A stretch of DNA of 64,000 nt, from assembly GCA_963668675.2 (NCBI GenBank), contig CAXXMB010000002.1, positions 1,600,001 through 1,664,000 of the forward strand, read 5' to 3'. Source of the DNA: an uncultured Desulfatitalea sp. GTDB taxonomy: Bacteria > Desulfobacterota > Desulfobacteria > Desulfobacterales > Desulfosarcinaceae. The notes beneath the pieces were generated by a model. It saw only the letters and a list, made by a program, of their open reading frames with translations, ran no database searches and was not told the origin of the DNA. Of this stretch, positions 19,471 to 28,969 are shown piece by piece. Position 1 is the first letter of the stretch. The number at the start of each line of letters is the position of its first letter. A program made the translations under genes and the position numbers.

Positions 19471-21177
19471 GTGAACGCCATGAAGAGACTGCCACGGTTG
19501 AACGACTACATCGACCACTGGTCTGAAAAACGACCGGACCAGGCGGCCATGATCCAGTATGAGGACGGCAAAACCGTTTCATACAACCAGTTTCGAAGCT
19601 ACATCGACTATTTCGCCCTTCGCCTTCTGGACATGGGCATTAAAAAGGGCGATCGGGTGGCAACGCAACTGGTGCTGGTTCCCGAGCATGTCATGTTGAT
19701 GTATGCCTGCTTCAAGATCGGTGCAATGATCGCACCGCTGGACTTGAGGTTGAAAAAAGAGGAGATTGTCCGCGACATCAACAAAATCACACCGAAGGCG
19801 TTCTTCTTCCTGGGCAACACGCCGGTCACTGACTTTCGCGAAATCGGCAAGGCGGTCAAGGCCTCCTGCCCGGGTGTCGACCATCTGGTGCAATTCACGC
19901 CCGATCCGAAACCCGGCGAGATCATCGAAGGGGCGATCAGCATCACCGACATGATGAAGAAGTGGCGCCTCGTCCGGCTGAAGCTTGCCGACCTGCTCCT
20001 CAAGCGCCTGAAGAAAGCCTACGCCCAGATCGACCCCAGAACCCCGGCCTTGATCATCTACACCACCGGGACCACCGGCGAGCCCAAACCAGCCATGCTC
20101 TGCCACGAAAACATCATCGTTCAAAACCAGATTCTGGAGAGGGGCATCGGCCTGCCCGACAGCCCGGACGGGCCGGGTTATGTCACCTTGATCAATCTTC
20201 CGCCCAGTCATGTCGGTTGTGTCACCGAAACCATGATGACCACCTTTTTTAAGGGTGGAACGGCGATCCTGTTGAGAATATTTGATGTGGAAGCGACCCT
20301 GGCGGCGATCGAAAAGCACAAAGTGACCCTCCTGGGACAGATCCCCACCCAGTTTCGCATGCTATGGCAGCACCCCAACTATGAATCCTACGATCTCTCC
20401 AGCTTGAAGTATGTCGCCTATGCCGGTTCAGCCGGCGATACGCCCTTCCTGAAACGGCTTGCCGCAATGGCCCCGGCTTTCGGAACCGGCATCGGAATGA
20501 CGGAAAATGCCGGCTTCGCCACCTTTACGCCGCCGGACATCTCCGTGGAGGAGATGGCGGGACAGGTGGGAAGGGCCTTCCCCGATCTGGCCGAAGTGAC
20601 CATACGCCAACCCATGACCGAAGACGGCTACGCCGGCGAGGAGGTACCGACCGGAGAGACCGGTGAGATCTGTTACCATCCGCCCATCGTGTTCCTGGGG
20701 TACTTCAACCAGCCCGGGGAGACCGCTAAGGCAATTTCAAAAGAGGGAATTCTCTACACCGGCGACCTGGGTTACTTCAAAGAGATGGGGAGCTACAACG
20801 CCCTGTACCTCTCCGGCCGGCGCAAGTTCGTGATCAAGCAGAAGGGTTACAATGTCTTCCCCAACGAGGTCGAGGAGCACATCGCCAAACTCGATGGAGT
20901 GGACATGGTCGATGTGATCGGTGTTAAGCACGCTGTCTTCGACGAGGGGATTTTCGCTTTCGTGCGCCTGCAGAAAGGCTCGGACCTGACGGCCGGCCGC
21001 ATCATGGACCACTGCAGGGAGATCGCCGCCTACAAGCGCCCCCAGCACATTGAAGTGTGGCCCCACGGCCAGGAGTTCCCCCTGACCCGCAGCGCCAAGA
21101 TCGACAAACTGAAACTGGTCGACATGGCAGAAGATATCATCGGCCGCCTGAGAAGCGAAGGAAAGTGGGACGTCTGA
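19471..21177 (+). CDS. Class I adenylate-forming enzyme (acyl-CoA ligase)
   Basis: YTTGTTGEPKP, GMTE, LYTGDLG, GRRK..IKQKGYNVFP. Confidence 0.88.
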   Translation: MNAMKRLPRLNDYIDHWSEKRPDQAAMIQYEDGKTVSYNQFRSYIDYFALRLLDMGIKKGDRVATQLVLVPEHVMLMYACFKIGAMIAPLDLRLKKEEIVRDINKITPKAFFFLGNTPVTDFREIGKAVKASCPGVDHLVQFTPDPKPGEIIEGAISITDMMKKWRLVRLKLADLLLKRLKKAYAQIDPRTPALIIYTTGTTGEPKPAMLCHENIIVQNQILERGIGLPDSPDGPGYVTLINLPPSHVGCVTETMMTTFFKGGTAILLRIFDVEATLAAIEKHKVTLLGQIPTQFRMLWQHPNYESYDLSSLKYVAYAGSAGDTPFLKRLAAMAPAFGTGIGMTENAGFATFTPPDISVEEMAGQVGRAFPDLAEVTIRQPMTEDGYAGEEVPTGETGEICYHPPIVFLGYFNQPGETAKAISKEGILYTGDLGYFKEMGSYNALYLSGRRKFVIKQKGYNVFPNEVEEHIAKLDGVDMVDVIGVKHAVFDEGIFAFVRLQKGSDLTAGRIMDHCREIAAYKRPQHIEVWPHGQEFPLTRSAKIDKLKLVDMAEDIIGRLRSEGKWDV

Positions 21178-21181
21178 GGCC

Positions 21182-21793
21182 TTGATAGAGAGCACCATAG
21201 TGAAAAAGAACATTGCGAGCATACCCGACAAGCTGAAAGAGAGGCTCTACCCCACCGTCCTGGCGCTCTTTTCCGATAATGACGTTCACCGGGTCAACCT
21301 TCGGGAGATATCCAACCGAACGGGCGTCAGTTCGGGAACCATCTATAAGTATTTCACCTCCAAAGAGGACCTCATCTTCACCATCCTCGACGAAAAAATC
21401 ACGGAGATCGGAGCGTCTCTCAAGCTGCACATCGCAGGCCTGGAAGAGATCAAAGAGGTGTTTCGCAAGGTGTTCTGGGTCACCATGGATTTCTACGACA
21501 AAAATCCGGGTGTGGCCATCACCGCCTTTATCACTGTCCCCATGCGAAGCTGGATGAAAGAGAAGAGCTACAAACGCGGCGTTGAGCATGCAGCGCTGCG
21601 GGAGCCGCTCAACAAGGCCAGGCAGACGGGAGCCATCGACCCCGCAGTTTCAAACGAGCAGATTGCCGATCTCTATTATATGTTTTGCTACCGACAGATC
21701 CATAAATGGTATTACTTCGGCATGAAACAGAAGCTGGTCGATACGATACCGGATTTTTTCGAGCTCTTCTGGAAGGCGGTCAAACCTGAGTAA
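21182..21793 (+). CDS. TetR/AcrR family transcriptional regulator
   Basis: HTH LREISNRTGVSSGTIYKYFTSKEDL; start uncertain. Confidence 0.88.
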   Translation: MIESTIVKKNIASIPDKLKERLYPTVLALFSDNDVHRVNLREISNRTGVSSGTIYKYFTSKEDLIFTILDEKITEIGASLKLHIAGLEEIKEVFRKVFWVTMDFYDKNPGVAITAFITVPMRSWMKEKSYKRGVEHAALREPLNKARQTGAIDPAVSNEQIADLYYMFCYRQIHKWYYFGMKQKLVDTIPDFFELFWKAVKPE

Positions 21794-22115
21794 TGAGAAG
21801 AAAACGAGATCCATGGACGCATGTGTCGGCAGAAGGTCTCTTACGACCCTTGTAAAAGCTCGTTGATTCAGATAGATAGATATTATACCTGCAACAAATT
21901 ACGCAAAACCGTCATGCCGGACCAACGGGCTGAAGCTCAATGATAAGACAAACCGGGCTGCCATTTAAGATAGAAGAGACCGAGGATCTGATCGACCTGC
22001 AGACAGACCCTTCCCTCTGCGGAGAATTTGCGTACTGGTCAGGATTGGGCTTGCCACTGACGACGATATTGAAACCCTTGAGCGCCAGAACGGCTCGTTT
22101 CATGAGAGTGGCGTA

Positions 22116-22760
22116 ATGCAAAAGAATCACCGCCTCCTTTTCCGTAAAGAAGCCGTTGAAAAATACATCTCCGAGCTGGAGCGCTCTGTTTTGCCAAGGA
22201 TCATCCCGCCGCGATTGATTCGCTACCTGTGGGTTCTGCTCGCATTACTGGTGACGGCAGGGGCATGGACCTGGTCGGTTCAAATCCCCGTCCATACCGT
22301 TGGGGATGCTATTGTGTGCCGGGATTGTCAACGCTGGATTTTAGCGCCAGCCGACGCACCGTGCGTCATGGCACTCTTCCCGACCGAAGTTCTGAGCCAT
22401 CTTCAGCCAGGTCAGACGCTGGAGCTGGAAATCGCCGGGCAACACAAACCGGTTCTTGTGCAGGTGGTGGCGGTTGACACCGTACACCCGAAGCTGGTGC
22501 AAGTACCCTCTTGTTTGGAATGGATTTCGGGCGGCCGGCCAAGAAGGGAGCAACCGATGGTGGTCGCCATCGCACGTTTGCCTGATGGCCAGCAGAAACC
22601 GCCATGGGGTATGGCAGGAACCATGCGCGCACGGGTCGAAACCGGTCGGCGTCGTCTGGCTGGCTATTTGCCTTGGGTGGGTTGTTTCTTCGACGCACAC
22701 GCCCCAGAAAAGAAGAGACACAATTCAAATGGACCTGTCAATCCTCAACCGTTGTCTTGA
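22116..22760 (+). CDS. Short HlyD/membrane-fusion-like accessory protein of a peptide exporter
   Basis: LFRKEA N-terminus, one TM segment, LQPGQ and C-terminal ARVETGRRRL; overlaps the exporter start. Confidence 0.6.
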   Translation: MQKNHRLLFRKEAVEKYISELERSVLPRIIPPRLIRYLWVLLALLVTAGAWTWSVQIPVHTVGDAIVCRDCQRWILAPADAPCVMALFPTEVLSHLQPGQTLELEIAGQHKPVLVQVVAVDTVHPKLVQVPSCLEWISGGRPRREQPMVVAIARLPDGQQKPPWGMAGTMRARVETGRRRLAGYLPWVGCFFDAHAPEKKRHNSNGPVNPQPLS

Positions 22761-24975
22761 TCGCTTCTCTGCAGTGGTCCGGCGATTCGCAGCGTTTTTT
22801 TCAACGCCCCGCGTGCCGGTGCTGTTGCAGTTGCACGCCACCGAATGCGGCGCCGCTTGTTTGGCCATGATCCTGAACTTTTACGGCCATCGGGTAGGAG
22901 TCTCTGATTGCCGGGCCTATTGCGGCGGCGGCCGGGACGGAATTGATGCCGACACCATTGGTCAAGCGGCCGCCCGCTTCGGATTAAAGGTCAAGGCCTA
23001 CACCATAGCCATCAACGATCTGCGCTACATCCCTCTGCCGGCGGTGATACACTGGCGATTCAACCATTTCGTTGTACTAGAGCACTGGCGGCCGTCATCG
23101 TGCAGGATCATCGATCCGGCCATCGGCAAGCGCCGCCTCACGCCAGGGGAATTGGACGAAGGGTTTACCGGCGTCGTCCTTACCTTTGAACCGAATGTCG
23201 ATTTCCGGCCGAAGCCGTCTCCCGGTCGCTCCATATGGCGGGACTATCTATCTGCCGTGTTGCGCGTTCCAGGTGCGAAGGGAACACTGATCCGCGTTCT
23301 GATGGTCTCCGCCTTCCTGCAGCTGATAGGCCTTATTGTGCCGCTGTTCACACAGATCGTGGTGGATCAGGTCCTGCCTTTTCGAATGCCGGATTTGCTG
23401 TTTATGCTGGGCTTGGGCGGCCTGGTTCTGGTATCGGCATATATGGTGATCACCTATCTGCGGGCGGCTCTGCTGATCTATCTGCAGGCCAAAATCGACA
23501 GTCAAGTGGTCATCGGATTCTTCGAACATGTCCTTGCCCTGCCCTACCGCTATTTCCAGCAGCGCCGAAGCGGCGATCTGCTCATGCGCCTGGGAAGCAA
23601 TGTCACACTGCGGGAACTGATTACCAATCAGACCCTATCCATCGTCCTGGACGGATTTTTCGTACTATTTTACCTGGCCATCCTCCTGAGCCAAAGCATG
23701 CTGTTCGCATCGGTGGTGTTGGCCCTGGGCGGCATCCAAATCCTCATCTTGATCGGCACGGCCCGGCGAGTCCGTTCATTGATGCAGAACAATCTGGCAG
23801 CGAGGGCCGAAACCGAAAGCTACCTGATTGAAATTCTGCAAGGCATCGCAGTGCTGAAGGCCTCGGGCAGCGAAGCGCAAGCCTTGCAATCCTGGACGGG
23901 AAAATTCATGAAGCAGCTGAATCTCTCGCTGGAGCGGCACCATTTCTTTGCCTTGATCGGCACCGCCTTGCGGACCCTGCAACTGCTATCGCCACTGGCG
24001 CTGCTTTGGATGGGAGGTGTTTTGGTGCTCGACGGCACCCTCAGCCTCGGGCTAATGCTGGCGTTACAAGCGTTGGGGATCTCATTTCTGGCCCCTCTGG
24101 CGTCCCTCATTGAAACCGGGCAGCAGTGGCAGATGGCCAAGGCGTATATGGAGCGCATCGCCGATGTGCTCGAGGCCGAACCCGAGCAGACGCTGGCCGC
24201 CCCTGGCGCATCACCCCAGCTGAGGGGGGCCATCGCGATGCGCGATGTGAGCTTTCGGTACGACCCAAAGACCCCTTGGATATTGAAAAACATCTCCTTC
24301 ACGCTTGCCCCCCATAGCAAGCTGGCCCTGGTTGGCCGCACCGGTGCAGGCAAAACCACCCTGGCCATGCTGCTGCTCGGCCTTTACCGGCCGACGATGG
24401 GTGAAATCACCTATGACGACCAACCCTTGAGCCACTTGAACTTGCGCCATGTGCGCCGGCAGTTCGGGGCCGTCTTGCAGGAACCTTTTCTTTTCCAAGG
24501 CTCAATCCGCCAGAACATCGCCTTCAACCAACCCGCCATGCCCCTGGAAGAAGTCCTGCGGGCGGCTCGCATCGCCTGCATCCATGATGAGATCATGCAA
24601 ATGCCCATGGCCTATGAGACCCTCGTCGGCGAGGGCGGGGCCGGCCTGTCCGGAGGCCAGCGCCAGCGCCTGGCCATCGCGCGAGCCGTTGCCCACCGGC
24701 CAGTGCTGCTCCTGCTGGATGAAGCCACCAGCCATCTGGATACCGTCACCGAAGGGCAGGTGGATCGCCATCTGAGTCAATTGGAGAACACCCGAATCGT
24801 CATCGCACACCGACTTTCCACCATACGGAATGCGGATGTCATTTTGGTGCTCGACGACGGTCGCATAGCGGAACAGGGAACCCATGCCGAGCTACTCGAC
24901 CGTGGCGGATACTACCGACGCCTGGTGGAAAGCCAAGTCATCACACCCGATGGCTCCCACCCCAATCCGCGTTAG
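22729..24975 (+). CDS. Peptidase-containing ABC transporter (C39 peptidase, TMD, NBD)
   Basis: QLHATECGAACLAMIL, HW..NHFVV, IIDP; GRTGAGKT, LSGGQ, LLLDEATS; start placed at ATG 22729. Confidence 0.93.
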   Translation: MDLSILNRCLDRFSAVVRRFAAFFSTPRVPVLLQLHATECGAACLAMILNFYGHRVGVSDCRAYCGGGRDGIDADTIGQAAARFGLKVKAYTIAINDLRYIPLPAVIHWRFNHFVVLEHWRPSSCRIIDPAIGKRRLTPGELDEGFTGVVLTFEPNVDFRPKPSPGRSIWRDYLSAVLRVPGAKGTLIRVLMVSAFLQLIGLIVPLFTQIVVDQVLPFRMPDLLFMLGLGGLVLVSAYMVITYLRAALLIYLQAKIDSQVVIGFFEHVLALPYRYFQQRRSGDLLMRLGSNVTLRELITNQTLSIVLDGFFVLFYLAILLSQSMLFASVVLALGGIQILILIGTARRVRSLMQNNLAARAETESYLIEILQGIAVLKASGSEAQALQSWTGKFMKQLNLSLERHHFFALIGTALRTLQLLSPLALLWMGGVLVLDGTLSLGLMLALQALGISFLAPLASLIETGQQWQMAKAYMERIADVLEAEPEQTLAAPGASPQLRGAIAMRDVSFRYDPKTPWILKNISFTLAPHSKLALVGRTGAGKTTLAMLLLGLYRPTMGEITYDDQPLSHLNLRHVRRQFGAVLQEPFLFQGSIRQNIAFNQPAMPLEEVLRAARIACIHDEIMQMPMAYETLVGEGGAGLSGGQRQRLAIARAVAHRPVLLLLDEATSHLDTVTEGQVDRHLSQLENTRIVIAHRLSTIRNADVILVLDDGRIAEQGTHAELLDRGGYYRRLVESQVITPDGSHPNPR

Positions 24976-25050
24976 TACACAAGCGACCCTTGGCATGCCG
25001 CTGCCGTCCAAAGCAGCGCAAGCCACTCTCTATTTCTTAAAATAGAGTTA

Positions 25051-26352
25051 TCAGCGCCGAGCGGCGCCCGAAAATCGGTTCGGTCCGGAAACATCGGCGG
25101 GTTGAAACAAGCAGAGGTCGTTGCGGCCCAAAGCATACTCATAAGCGCCCAAAGGCGGGCAAAGATCTACCATAAGGCAATGCCGGCAGGGTTTGACATT
25201 GCGTCGAAGTCGAAACCAATTCTTACCGTTTCGCATCTCCTTGTATAAAAGGGCGTGGAGTGATTTTTCTTTGAGCGACCCCAACGGCGGCGTGTTCAGA
25301 TCGGCATGCACCCTGCCGTCGGCCAGAACGAAGAGCCGCCCGAACCGCAGCCGGTTGAGCACCGCGTTGGCATAGATGTCCACATGGGTGGGATGCGCGG
25401 CAATGATATCTTTTTCATCCATGAAAACGTGCCGATGAAAGAACTCGGCATTGACCCCGTCAAAAAATGGTTTGAGCTTTAAGGCCGAAATGCCAAGCAC
25501 GGCGGCTGTTTTCTGAGCCTCGCGCACCTGCCGGACATTTTGCACCACGAATTCGAACTGAACCGTGCGATTCCGGAGGCGCATCTCTTTGTGGACGGCC
25601 GATAGATGCTTCTGTTTGTAAGGCGGCGTCACCGTAACGATATAGTGCGGCGACAGACTGTCCAGCTGGTTTACCTTTACGCCGGCAGCATGCCAATTCA
25701 GATAGTGCGCATAAAATACAATTTTCGCACCGACAGCACCCAACGTCTTGCACGCGCCGGCCAGGTGGGTGTATTGGAAAATATCACCACCGGTGATATT
25801 AATCCTGCTCACTTGGGAACCCTGAAGTTGATCACAAAGCAGGTCCAGGGTTTGAAGGGCAAGCTCCTGCTCCTTACCACGGCCCCGCGAGCAGCAAAGA
25901 AATTGCTTGCAGTAATCGCGGCACCCTGCACAGTTTTGGACGCACCGTCCTGTAAGGAAGATCGAGATCTCTGTGAGATATTCCAAAACAGCTTCACCTG
26001 GGGAACGTTCCTCATCACGCACCAACCGTCGCCTGTCTTTCTGAATTTTCGGTCCATGCCCCATCACGACCGGTTTGGCGCTGGACCCGTCCGCATCCAA
26101 GACATCGCCCATATAGTACTTTCGAATATCGGCCACAAAGCCGGCCAGAACGCGTTGTTTCAACTCACCGGCGCGCAGCAAGATGACGCGCATGTTGCGC
26201 GCGCGAAGCATTCGGCGTACGATTGCTGCGATTGGAGCAGCGTGGCGATAAATAATGTGACGACCGTCCAGCGTATTGTACAGCATGACATCGTCCAACT
26301 TGCAGACGGCATGGGTGTATGGCTCCAGATAGAGCCAGAATCGCTTTTCCAT
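25051..26352 (-). CDS. Pseudo-radical-SAM partner protein (TIGR04150-like)
   Basis: FWLYLEPY...LYNTLDG N-terminus, CVQNCAGC, ITGGD, C-terminal PCRHCL..DLCPP...NDLC; starts 1 nt after the rSAM stop. Confidence 0.75.
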   Translation of the reverse strand: MEKRFWLYLEPYTHAVCKLDDVMLYNTLDGRHIIYRHAAPIAAIVRRMLRARNMRVILLRAGELKQRVLAGFVADIRKYYMGDVLDADGSSAKPVVMGHGPKIQKDRRRLVRDEERSPGEAVLEYLTEISIFLTGRCVQNCAGCRDYCKQFLCCSRGRGKEQELALQTLDLLCDQLQGSQVSRINITGGDIFQYTHLAGACKTLGAVGAKIVFYAHYLNWHAAGVKVNQLDSLSPHYIVTVTPPYKQKHLSAVHKEMRLRNRTVQFEFVVQNVRQVREAQKTAAVLGISALKLKPFFDGVNAEFFHRHVFMDEKDIIAAHPTHVDIYANAVLNRLRFGRLFVLADGRVHADLNTPPLGSLKEKSLHALLYKEMRNGKNWFRLRRNVKPCRHCLMVDLCPPLGAYEYALGRNDLCLFQPADVSGPNRFSGAARR

Positions 26353-26353
26353 T

Positions 26354-27886
26354 TTACTTTGTGACCGCCTCTTTGACGATGCGCGCGTAGATACCCGGGT
26401 CCTTTTCCAGCTCTCCCAGATGCGAAGAAAAACGCGACCGGCGCTGATCGTAACTCATAAAGCTGCCGCAGCGGGGCTTGCCGCTGTGCCATTCGATATA
26501 GAACATGCACTTGCCACAGTTGTCCGCTGCGGCGCAGCGTTGACACAACTCAGCCAGGCGGGAAAAATGGGTGCTGTAGGTCTTGGCGATGCCCTCGGGA
26601 TCAAGCCACACCCGATCCGCCGTTGCATGGCCCACCGCGTATTGATGGCCGATGCGTTCACACGGCAATATTTTATGATTCACGGTTAAGAAGATTTTGC
26701 GTTCGAAGGGGACACACGTACCGGACGGGTACCGCTTGGAACGTTCCTTGGCAGCCAAAAGCTCAGCATAGTCCGAAAAGGAGCCATCGGTGTAACTGTG
26801 GATGAATTTTGAAAGCGAACCCAACGTCGGCAAATCGATGAACAGATCTTCGATCAACGTCTGGGGCGCCTCTGTCTCCTCGAAATCCTCAGCCATGCTG
26901 GCGTAAGTTTCCAAAAATGCGTCTTGCGACGACGGATCGATGCCGGCGGTGTTCAACTCTCCGATCATCGGCGTCTTGCCGAATTCGGTTTCAAAGTAAT
27001 CATGCACCTCCTTGAGGCAGCTGCGGTTGTGATAAACGGCGTTGAAATTGACGTATTTCTTAAAGTAGTCAGGATACTTTTCCTTGAGCGCACGAACGTT
27101 TCGCACCACCTGGCCATGCGATGGGCGGCCATTGGGAAAGACCCGGTAAGCGTTGTGGTGCCGATGGCCGTCAAGGCTGATCAGCAGGGCGAAACGGTGT
27201 TCATATAGAAAGTCCATATGCTTTGCCAGCAGTAAGGCGTTGGTGGTCATGGTGAAGATGAACGGATGGCGCGGCGCATTGAGTTGTTTGGCGTATGCGA
27301 CGATATCGCGAATCAGGGTGAAATTCAAAAGGGGCTCGCCGCCGTAAAACCCGATAGCGATAGGGCTATCGATGGAGGTGTTGAGGCCGCTGTTCCACTG
27401 ATCGGCCAAAAACGTCAGCAGGCGCTTGGCCACCTTGAAGTCAAGCATCTTGTCTGTACGCCGGTCATAGTCCCGATAGAATTTTCCATAGCCACAATAG
27501 GCGCATCGCAGATTGCAGGCATCGGTCACTTCGAAAATAACTTGGCGGACATTGGCCAATGCGTGCCGGACACTTTGCGGATCGAGTTCGCATGTGAATT
27601 GTTCGGTTGCCTCGAACGGCTTGAAATAACCGTGCCTTTTTAAAAAAAGGTATTTGCGGTAATAGTAGTCAACTTCGCTTCTGGGAAGAACAGAATTCTC
27701 GGAAATGCGCACTTGGCCGCTAGGCAACTGACCTATCCAAGCCGCAAGATCGACGCCTCGAGCACCCAGTTCGGCCAGGTGGTACAGAAATGGGTGGACG
27801 GTCAGCACCTGGCGCTTGTCTCGGGCGCAGATGTAGTGATTGCCCTGCGGGCTTTTGAATAGGAGTTCGCTTCGCAAAGATGGCAT
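26354..27886 (-). CDS. Radical SAM/SPASM peptide maturase (TIGR04148-like)
   Basis: FEVTDACNLRCAYC (CxxxCxxC), FYGGEP, GTCVP...ILPCERI, CQRC...CGKC. Confidence 0.88.
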   Translation of the reverse strand: MPSLRSELLFKSPQGNHYICARDKRQVLTVHPFLYHLAELGARGVDLAAWIGQLPSGQVRISENSVLPRSEVDYYYRKYLFLKRHGYFKPFEATEQFTCELDPQSVRHALANVRQVIFEVTDACNLRCAYCGYGKFYRDYDRRTDKMLDFKVAKRLLTFLADQWNSGLNTSIDSPIAIGFYGGEPLLNFTLIRDIVAYAKQLNAPRHPFIFTMTTNALLLAKHMDFLYEHRFALLISLDGHRHHNAYRVFPNGRPSHGQVVRNVRALKEKYPDYFKKYVNFNAVYHNRSCLKEVHDYFETEFGKTPMIGELNTAGIDPSSQDAFLETYASMAEDFEETEAPQTLIEDLFIDLPTLGSLSKFIHSYTDGSFSDYAELLAAKERSKRYPSGTCVPFERKIFLTVNHKILPCERIGHQYAVGHATADRVWLDPEGIAKTYSTHFSRLAELCQRCAAADNCGKCMFYIEWHSGKPRCGSFMSYDQRRSRFSSHLGELEKDPGIYARIVKEAVTK

Positions 27887-28263
27887 GGCCCGACATCTGC
27901 GTCCGCTGATCACTCAGGTAGAAAGGTGGCTGTTCACTGCCGCTGCATTGCAATCCAATAGAACGCCCACCGGATTATCTGCCTATACCATGGTTTCCAG
28001 GAAGGGCCGCAACCGACCGCCCGAACGGTCTGAAGAGCGATCGCTCTGAGTTTGGGGGTAGCGTGCTGTTGATGGCAAGGCCTTTCACACCCATCGCGGA
28101 GTTAACTTGTCATCCGGCGAAAGGCGTCAAAAGCTCAACAAAGCCGCTGTCGGGATATGAATTCACTCCTCAACTTTGGAATTTGAGGAAAAGGCAACGA
28201 TCCGAACAGCTGTGCGTCAGTATCATACAGCCGCTTCGCCGGCACTGTGAATGCCGAATGAAA

Positions 28264-28428
28264 TTACTTGCGGGGCTTTGCAATCGGCGGCTTGCCCTCA
28301 CTGTCTTGTTGCCCGAAGGTCTGCTTGTTGCCTGAACAATCGCAATTTTTCGACCCTGTGGTTTTGCCGCCGGTCACACGGCGCATCTCATCACTGGTCA
28401 ATTCGGTCAATTTGATTCCGGTCTTCAT
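28264..28428 (-). CDS. RiPP precursor peptide with double-glycine leader (54 aa; absent from the ORF track)
   Basis: Hand translation MKTGIKLTELTSDEMRRVTGG-KTTGSKNCDCSGNKQTFGQQDSEGKPPIAKPRK; AAAGGGG RBS; upstream of the rSAM gene on the same strand. Confidence 0.85.
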   Translation of the reverse strand: MKTGIKLTELTSDEMRRVTGGKTTGSKNCDCSGNKQTFGQQDSEGKPPIAKPRK

Positions 28429-28710
28429 GCGAGTTGCCCCTTTCTTCTCAGATGGAGGGCCTTAGGGCCCACAAGGCATGCATGGTGCGGGTGCATGCCG
28501 CTCAATCCGATGGCGAACATATACGACAAATTCGTACCACAGCTTACCATGAGCTATCAACACCTAAAACACCGTGCCAGCCCATAAGGCAAGCCCCATA
28601 GGGGACGGCCCCATGTGCCCCAGAAAGGGCACCCTATAGACCAATCAAGAATAGTGATTAGATTTGCTGAATATGCAGATGATGGTTCAAAACCATAGAA
28701 GGAGCCGAAG

Positions 28711-28956
28711 ATGAAAACGCTTATGGATAAAATAGGCCAAATACAAAATAAAATTACTTCAAACACATTGTTGGGTATGGATATGCATGGTGTACGTGTA
28801 CACACGGGGCCGAAAGGACCCGCTCCACTTAGGGCCAAAGCCTATGCGCAAGGATCTGAGATCCATTTAAGACCAGACCAGGGGAACCTTTACCTTTTGT
28901 CCCATGAGGCATCCCACGTTGTGCAGCAAAGACAAGGAAGAGTAAAACCGACGTAA
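28711..28956 (+). CDS. Stand-alone DUF4157-like protein
   Basis: VRVHTG, AKAYAQGSEIHL, LLSHEASHVVQQRQGRV (HExxH); AAGGAG RBS. Confidence 0.75.
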   Translation: MKTLMDKIGQIQNKITSNTLLGMDMHGVRVHTGPKGPAPLRAKAYAQGSEIHLRPDQGNLYLLSHEASHVVQQRQGRVKPT

Positions 28957-28969
28957 CAGAGGGGCACCC

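Noticed and set aside
22456..22728. N-terminal extension of the exporter ORF in the track
   Set aside because: It overlaps the HlyD-like gene; the C39 domain begins after ATG 22729
27914..28263. Possible second RiPP precursor between the precursor and the rSAM gene
   Set aside because: No further GG-leader ORF found on the minus strand; only short hairpins
28520..28585. Sigma54-like TGGCAC/TGGTAC motifs upstream of the precursor
   Set aside because: No TTGC at the required -12 spacing
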